From: Eikenella halliae
GTDB taxonomy: Bacteria > Pseudomonadota > Gammaproteobacteria > Burkholderiales > Neisseriaceae
Assembly (NCBI RefSeq): GCF_001648475.1
Contig: NZ_LXSQ01000017.1
Location: forward strand, 18,298 to 50,297
Reading direction: 5' to 3'
DNA: 32,000 nucleotides
In this document: positions 27,057 to 32,000 of the stretch, in pieces
How the letters are laid out: every line of letters starts with the position of its first letter
How positions within the stretch are numbered: position 1 is the stretch's first letter
Position numbers and translations under genes: made by a program
The notes under the pieces: generated by a model
The model's database searches: none
Told to the model about the DNA's origin: nothing
Seen by the model: only the letters and a program-made list of their open reading frames with translations

Positions 27057-28196
27057 TCACTCCCCGCAGCCGCCGTTGGTTTTGTAGGTGAGCACCGGCT
27101 TGAGGCGGGCTATCGGCTCGATCAGGCCGGTCTGCCGCATGGCTTCGATGATGCTGTCGATGTTTTTGTAGGCCTGAGGGGCTTCTTCAAAAATCAAGGC
27201 TTTGTCGGCGCACACCACGATGCTGCCGAAAGTGGTGCGGCGCAGGCTGTCGGCACTGTATTTGTGCGACAGGCGGCCTTTGCATTCGCCGCGCTGCCAT
27301 TTCCGCCCCGCACCGTGGGCGAGCGAATTGAGGGAGACCGTGCAATCAGCGGCCGGTTCGACTAAATAGCTGTAGTCGCCGCGCGAGCCGGGAATCAGCA
27401 CCAGGCCGCAGTCGGACGGGGTGGCGCCTTTGCGGTGCAGCCAGCCGGTTTCGCCGCCGATTTCGGTGTGCTGCAGGAAGTTGTGGTGCACATCGAGCAG
27501 GCGGCGACCTTCGGCATGCCACCGCTCAAACATGCGCTCGGCAATCAGCAGGCGGTTGGCGCAGGCAAAGGTCAGCGCATCGTCGTGTTCGGCCAGGTAG
27601 GCGGCGGCCTCGGGGCTGTTTTCAGGTAGCCCTTGATGGCCGTGCGCGTCCACATGGCGGCGCAAAACCTGCTGGCCGAGCCCGCGCGAGCCGCTGTGCA
27701 CGAACAGTTGCAGGCAGTCGGTATTGAAGTTTTCAGGTAGCCTTTCGGGGCGGTAAACAGTATCTACGGTTTGCAGCTCGGCAAAATGGTTGCCGCCGCC
27801 GATGGTGCCTAAGGCTACCTGAAAAGGATGCTGCGGCAGGATGCCGTTAATCCGTACCTGCCAGCTTTCATTCAGCGGCGCATCAATGCTACCGAGCTGT
27901 TTGGCCAACTTGGCGGGTTTGGCTTTGTGTGCAGGCAAATCGGTTTGCCACAGCGCCATGCCGCAGCCGATGTCGTTGCCGATGAGCGCGGGATAAAAAC
28001 GGCCGAGGCTGAAAAATGCCGCGCCGATGGGATAACCGCGCCCGGCGTGCAAATCGGGCATACCGGCCACCCGGCGCATCTGCGGCAGGCGGGCGGTGGT
28101 TTGGAGTTGTTGGACGGCGTTGCCTTCAATCCAGGTGTTTGAATCGGCTATTAAAACAATGTTTTCAGAAATGATTTGGGGATTTTGTGTGCCCAT
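27057..28196 (-). CDS. rtcB: RtcB-family RNA 3'-phosphate ligase (RtcB2-type, PrfH-associated)
   Basis: MPDLHAGRGYPIGAAF, GNDIGCGM, GGGNHFAE, HSGSRGLG, and HNF...HRKGAT are all RtcB signature blocks. I place the start at the ATG at 28194-28196 (MGTQNPQ). The track start at 28283 adds 29 non-conserved residues. Confidence 0.92.
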   Translation of the reverse strand: MGTQNPQIISENIVLIADSNTWIEGNAVQQLQTTARLPQMRRVAGMPDLHAGRGYPIGAAFFSLGRFYPALIGNDIGCGMALWQTDLPAHKAKPAKLAKQLGSIDAPLNESWQVRINGILPQHPFQVALGTIGGGNHFAELQTVDTVYRPERLPENFNTDCLQLFVHSGSRGLGQQVLRRHVDAHGHQGLPENSPEAAAYLAEHDDALTFACANRLLIAERMFERWHAEGRRLLDVHHNFLQHTEIGGETGWLHRKGATPSDCGLVLIPGSRGDYSYLVEPAADCTVSLNSLAHGAGRKWQRGECKGRLSHKYSADSLRRTTFGSIVVCADKALIFEEAPQAYKNIDSIIEAMRQTGLIEPIARLKPVLTYKTNGGCGE

Positions 28197-28584
28197 AATG
28201 TACTTTCTTGCGGCGGATAAATCCGTTTGCGCACGGCTCTGCCAAGCACGCGTAAACGCGGCGGCAACAGCTCGAAACGGCAAATAAATTTATCCGCAGA
28301 ATGCAAACAGCAGGCGCGGCAAAGCAGCGCATCAAATGCAGTTTGTAAAATAGGGAGAAAGCAGCCCGAAGCGGGCGGCACAGAAAAAGGGAATGGCCTT
28401 AGGCTTCTGAGCTGCAAAGGATTGAGCGGAGGATTGAAGTGTACGGCATAGCCAGCTCCTTTCTTTGCAGTGGTGAATGAATCATGAAAACCCGCGCATA
28501 GTAGCGGCCGGATACCGGCTGCGGCAAGTGCACGGCAGAAAAGGCGGGAGGATTGTTGTATTTTTCCCGCACCATACCAGGTGT

Positions 28585-28630
28585 AGAAAACAATAAAAAC
28601 CGGCTGTCTAATCCATCAGACAGCCGGTTT
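28585..28630 (-). terminator. Rho-independent terminator (not DUS-based)
   Basis: aaaccggctgtct-aatccatc-agacagccggttt is a 13-bp perfect stem. On the minus strand it is followed by ttattgtttt. It lies 13 nt after the stop of the 28643 gene. Confidence 0.7.
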
Positions 28631-28642
28631 CGAATATGGCAA

Positions 28643-28999
28643 TTAGCCCAAGTTGCGTTCGGCGTTAATCAGGGAACGGCGAGCCAGAGCCAAGTTGGCT
28701 TTGCTTTTATCCAATACAGAATACAGGAAGAGGCCGTCATGACGCGGCAGCGGGCGCAGCAGGTGGTACTGGGTGCCCAAAGTCATCAAAATGTCTTCAA
28801 CTTCATCCTTCAAACCAAGCATCTGCATGGTTTTCTTTTTGGCACGAATTACCTCAGTGTTACCTGCGGCAGCAATTTCCAAATCGATTGAGGGGCTGCC
28901 GCCGCCGGCCAACAACATGCCGCTGGAGTAATCCACGACTGCGGCAGCCAGAGCGCCATCCACGTTCAACATTTCCGCTACGGTTTTATCGTAATTCAT
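28643..28999 (-). CDS. Small cytoplasmic protein, Roadblock/LC7 (MglB-like) fold suspected
   Basis: 118 aa from the ATG at 28997-28999 (a GTG alternative lies at 29017). The pattern VDGALAAAVVDYSSGMLLA...DILMTLGTQYHLLRPL...LFLYSVLD resembles Roadblock/LC7 proteins. The family call is tentative. Confidence 0.6.
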   Translation of the reverse strand: MNYDKTVAEMLNVDGALAAAVVDYSSGMLLAGGGSPSIDLEIAAAGNTEVIRAKKKTMQMLGLKDEVEDILMTLGTQYHLLRPLPRHDGLFLYSVLDKSKANLALARRSLINAERNLG

Positions 29000-29511
29000 T
29001 TTCGACAAGATCTCCACAAAAACAAAATAAAAACAAATAATTTAAGCTTCCCGAAACCAATTCATACTCTCTACTTTGTAACTCAGGAAGGTTTGGCAGG
29101 CTTTATTATCCAAACAACATCGCCCACTTCTATTAGTGAGTTGGACTAGGCAGCTGGCTGAAAAAGCTTTTCCGCCCTGCCCAACGCTGAATCGCAGTAT
29201 ATGCCTTTTGCTTTTCAAAGTAAATATTAACACCGACATAATTGTATGTATTTGATGCATGACAATTTCGGGCACACCCACCTTGGCATCATAATATGCT
29301 TGTTTTTTATCCCATAAAGCCAAAACTGCCCATACGTTTGCCACCGTCAAACACTGCCCGGACAGCCTATCTTTTACACGACATAACCGTTTTTCCAGCC
29401 CGTCCCACTCCCCATCCGCCACTCCCCCATCTCTACCCTAGCACGGCAAAGAAGACCTTTGCACCATGCAGGCTTATAATTCCGCTTTCCTTCTTTTTCA
29501 GGTAGCCTCAC

Positions 29512-30354
29512 ATGACACAACCCACCTGGCAAGCCGGGCGTTTCCGCATCGACTTATCCGCGCCCAAAATCATGGGCATCGTCAACCTCACCCCCGATTC
29601 CTTCTCCGACGGCGGCACTTATTCCCGCAGCGCCCGCGCCGCCCTCGCCCATGCCGAACGCCTGCTGGCCGAAGGCGCGCACATTCTCGACATCGGCGGC
29701 GAATCCACCCGCCCCGGCGCCGCCCACGTTCCCCCCGAAGAAGAATGGGCGCGGCTGCAGCCCGTTGTGGAAGAAATCGCCAAATGGAACGTCCCCCTCA
29801 GCGTGGACACCCGCCGCAGCACCATCATGCAACGCCTGCTTGGCGACGGCCTCTCCGACATCATCAACGACATATCCGCCCTGGCAGACGGCGGCGCCAT
29901 CGAACTGCTCGCCGCCCACCCCGACACCGGTATCTGCCTGATGCACATGCAGGGTTTGCCCGAAACCATGCAAAACAACCCGCAATACCAAGATGTGGTG
30001 GCCGAAGTGGCAGGCTACCTGAAAGCCCGCGCCCAAGCCTGCCGATCCGCCGGTATCCGCTCCGAACGCATTGTGCTCGACCCCGGCATCGGCTTCGGCA
30101 AAAACCTCCAACACAACATCCAACTCATGCGCCACCTGCCCGATTTGCAAGCGCAAACCGGCCTGCCCCTGCTCGTCGGCGTATCGCGCAAACGCATGAT
30201 CGGCGAAATCACCGGCGAGGCCGAACCCGCCCAACGCATCCACGGCAGCGTGGCCGCCGCCCTCTATGCCGCAGAACGCGGCGCCGCCATCCTGCGCGTA
30301 CACGACGTGAAAGCCACTGCCGACGCGCTGAAAGTGTGGCAGGCTTTGCGTTAG
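29512..30354 (+). CDS. folP: Dihydropteroate synthase
   Basis: Matches FolP through [47 protein letters not shown] and LRVHDV. Confidence 0.95.
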   Translation: MTQPTWQAGRFRIDLSAPKIMGIVNLTPDSFSDGGTYSRSARAALAHAERLLAEGAHILDIGGESTRPGAAHVPPEEEWARLQPVVEEIAKWNVPLSVDTRRSTIMQRLLGDGLSDIINDISALADGGAIELLAAHPDTGICLMHMQGLPETMQNNPQYQDVVAEVAGYLKARAQACRSAGIRSERIVLDPGIGFGKNLQHNIQLMRHLPDLQAQTGLPLLVGVSRKRMIGEITGEAEPAQRIHGSVAAALYAAERGAAILRVHDVKATADALKVWQALR

Positions 30355-30371
30355 GCTGTTCCAGCATTAAA

Positions 30372-30404
30372 AAGGCTACCTGAAAACCATTTTTCAGGTA
30401 GCCT
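30372..30404 (+). terminator. Inverted DUS pair (folP terminator)
   Basis: aggctacctgaaaaccatttttcaggtagcct. Confidence 0.7.
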
Positions 30405-30430
30405 CTTTCCTGCTAATCAGCCCGCCGAAC

Positions 30431-30555
30431 TATAGTGGATTAAAATAAGAATGGGACAAGGCGGTAAGAATGGGACAAGGCGGCGAGCCGCAGACAGTAT
30501 GAGTAATACGGCAAGGCGAACCAACGCTGTAGCATTCTTATTTTAATTCACTATA
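30431..30555. mobile_element. Correia-like miniature inverted-repeat element (about 125 bp)
   Basis: Terminal inverted repeats tatagtggattaaaataagaat and attcttattttaattcactata. The interior ggacaaggcgg...cgagccgcagacagta...tacggcaaggcga resembles the short Neisseria Correia element (from memory). A 19-bp tandem duplication lies at 30446-30464 and 30465-30483. Confidence 0.8.
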
Positions 30556-31785
30556 TCTTTCCGAACCGTATTCAAACAGCTGCCCGCTGAAGGCGAAGGC
30601 GGCGCACACCAGCAGCGCCAAGACTGCCGCCACGCTGTAGGAAGCAGGATAGCCCCACTGTTCGGCCAGGCGCAGGCCGGCGAAGCCCGCGGCGTAGGTG
30701 CCGGCCAGCAGCACGGAGAATTGCAGGCTGCTATCCAGCGCGGCGGTGGCGGGCTCGGATTTGTCCATCATCAGCGCCAGCATCACGGGCAGCAGCAGGG
30801 TGTAGCTCAGGCTCAGCGCCACGATTTGCAGCGGCGGCAGCCAATGGTGCAGCGCGGCGGCACGGTCTATCCAGGCAAAGGACGCCACCAATGGCAGTTG
30901 CAGCGCGCACAGCGCGGTTACGATGCGCCGCCGCGACTGCTTGCGCGCCAGATAGCCCGCCAGCGGCGTAACCGTCATGCAGGCAAGCGGGATGGCCACG
31001 GCCAGAATCGTGCCGGTTTGCGCGGGGCTGAAGCCCAAATCGCCCAGCTTGGGCACGAAGGTGGCGGCAATCCAGGCATAAGGCGTGGCGGAGGCGGCCA
31101 AAAGCAGCAGCCAGCGCAGGCCGCGCCCGGGAAGCCGCCAGAAGCCGAGCATGCGGGCAAACAGCGTGCCGAACCCGGCGGTGGGCGGCGTATCGGCCTC
31201 CGGCTCGCGGTAAAACCACACTTGCAGCAGCAACAAAACGTTGAACAGCAACACCAGCCCCATGGCGGCCTGCCAGCCCAAGCGGCGGAACACCAGCAGC
31301 ACCAGCGCGCCGCCAATCATTTTCCCGGCGCGGGCGGCAACGGTTTGAATCACGCCGCCGAAACCGCGCTCGCGGTAGGGCAACAAAACGCAGCTTAAGC
31401 CGAGCACAGCGCAGCCGTAGAGCGTGCCGCAGGCGCACAGCAGCAGGCAGGCGGCGGCCAGCGGCGGGAAGCTATGCAGCGGGTTGATGGCGAGCAACAC
31501 CAGCAGGGCCAGGCCGATGCCGCCGAGCGACACCAGCATCCAGCCGCGAAAGCGCCCGCAGCGGCCGATGCGGTAGCGCTCGATCAGGGTGGAAAACAGG
31601 ATTTTGCCGCTCTCCACGCTGCCGATCAGGTAAATCCAGCCTAGCTGCTTCAGGTTGAAGCCGCCGCTTTTGAGGATGGTCATCAGCGCCACCAGATAAA
31701 AGCCGATGAGGGTGAATTTGTAGGTGCCGGCGGTGGCGAGCAGCAGCCAGTCGCGCCGGTTCGGACGGGATGAATCGTGTGCCAC
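30538..31785 (-). CDS. MFS transporter (12-TM type)
   Basis: 415 aa and hydrophobic throughout. GTG start with GAGGAGG 6 nt upstream. The last 5 codons and the stop lie inside the Correia-like element. Confidence 0.85.
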   Translation of the reverse strand: MAHDSSRPNRRDWLLLATAGTYKFTLIGFYLVALMTILKSGGFNLKQLGWIYLIGSVESGKILFSTLIERYRIGRCGRFRGWMLVSLGGIGLALLVLLAINPLHSFPPLAAACLLLCACGTLYGCAVLGLSCVLLPYRERGFGGVIQTVAARAGKMIGGALVLLVFRRLGWQAAMGLVLLFNVLLLLQVWFYREPEADTPPTAGFGTLFARMLGFWRLPGRGLRWLLLLAASATPYAWIAATFVPKLGDLGFSPAQTGTILAVAIPLACMTVTPLAGYLARKQSRRRIVTALCALQLPLVASFAWIDRAAALHHWLPPLQIVALSLSYTLLLPVMLALMMDKSEPATAALDSSLQFSVLLAGTYAAGFAGLRLAEQWGYPASYSVAAVLALLVCAAFAFSGQLFEYGSERYSELK

Positions 31786-31796
31786 GGGCGGCCTCC

Positions 31797-32000
31797 TCAG
31801 GCTTTTTCCGGCCTGAAGGCGGCCAGCGCGGCTTCGGCGCTGCGGATGGCGGCGGCGTAGTCGGCTTCCACAATGTAGTTCACGCCGAGCGTGGGCGCCA
31901 TTTTGCCCGACTGCTGCCGCATCAAGTCCAGCTGTTGGGCATCGGGCTCGATCAGCAGCATGGCGGCGCAGCGTTCGTCCAGCAGCGGGCGGTGGGCGCG
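31797..32000 (-). CDS. 3' end of an unidentified gene (5' end outside window), probably co-transcribed with the MFS gene
   Basis: My own translation of the minus strand from 32000 gives an open frame, RAHRPLLDERCAAMLLIEPDAQQLDLMRQQSGKMAPTLGVNYIVEADYAAAIRSAEAALAAFRPEKA-stop. The TGA at 31797-31799 overlaps the SD of the MFS gene. Confidence 0.5.
   Translation of the reverse strand, partial: RAHRPLLDERCAAMLLIEPDAQQLDLMRQQSGKMAPTLGVNYIVEADYAAAIRSAEAALAAFRPEKA

Noticed and set aside
28500-28545. A possible sigma54 promoter upstream of rtcB (minus-strand tgccgtgcacttgcc).
   Set aside because: The -24 element lacks the essential GG in the correct register (TGCCGT instead of TGGCAC). No RtcR-like activator gene is nearby. 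I judged this a chance similarity.
29042-29422. A 126-codon minus-strand ORF upstream of the Roadblock-like gene.
   Set aside because: It has a GTG start without an SD, is Cys-rich, uses many rare codons (tta, gta, agg) and has no motif. It lies in an AT-rich promoter-like region. It could be a decayed gene, but I cannot support it as a CDS.

Overview
High-GC chromosomal segment, about 60% G+C in hand-counted lines, from a Neisseriaceae bacterium. The 12-mer AGGCTACCTGAA and its complement occur about 53 times by my manual scan (27 on +, 26 on -). As I recall it, this is the Eikenella-type dialect of the DNA uptake sequence (DUS), so an Eikenella corrodens-like genome is likely. Many copies form inverted pairs that act as terminator hairpins.

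The backbone is housekeeping: miaA (5' end outside the window), an RDD protein, relA, apt, laz (lipid-modified azurin), psd, argG, hflX, glnD, a MutT/Nudix fusion, purH, a BI-1/YccA protein, aroE, queF, yhhQ, a ygjP-like gene, folP and an MFS transporter.

Accessory or unusual content:
1. A four-gene, translationally coupled operon rtcB - X - X' - prfH (25069-28196, minus strand). The known RNA-ligase/release-factor repair pair is split by two paralogous genes of unknown function. This is my best candidate for an undescribed system.
2. A very AT-rich islet carrying an HNH_2-type nuclease (15798-16526).
3. An IS110-family element with a roughly 230-nt non-coding arm upstream of its transposase, which could encode a bridge/guide RNA.
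4. Two near-identical preQ1-I riboswitches (upstream of queF and yhhQ) that bracket a block of unknown ORFs.
5. A Correia-like MITE that supplies the 3' end of the MFS gene.
6. A 358-bp hairpin-rich non-coding segment bounded by roughly 73-bp direct repeats, plus a modular DUS-bounded intergenic repeat family.

No rRNA genes, tRNA genes or CRISPR arrays were seen. All coordinates and counts were derived by hand. No database search was possible.
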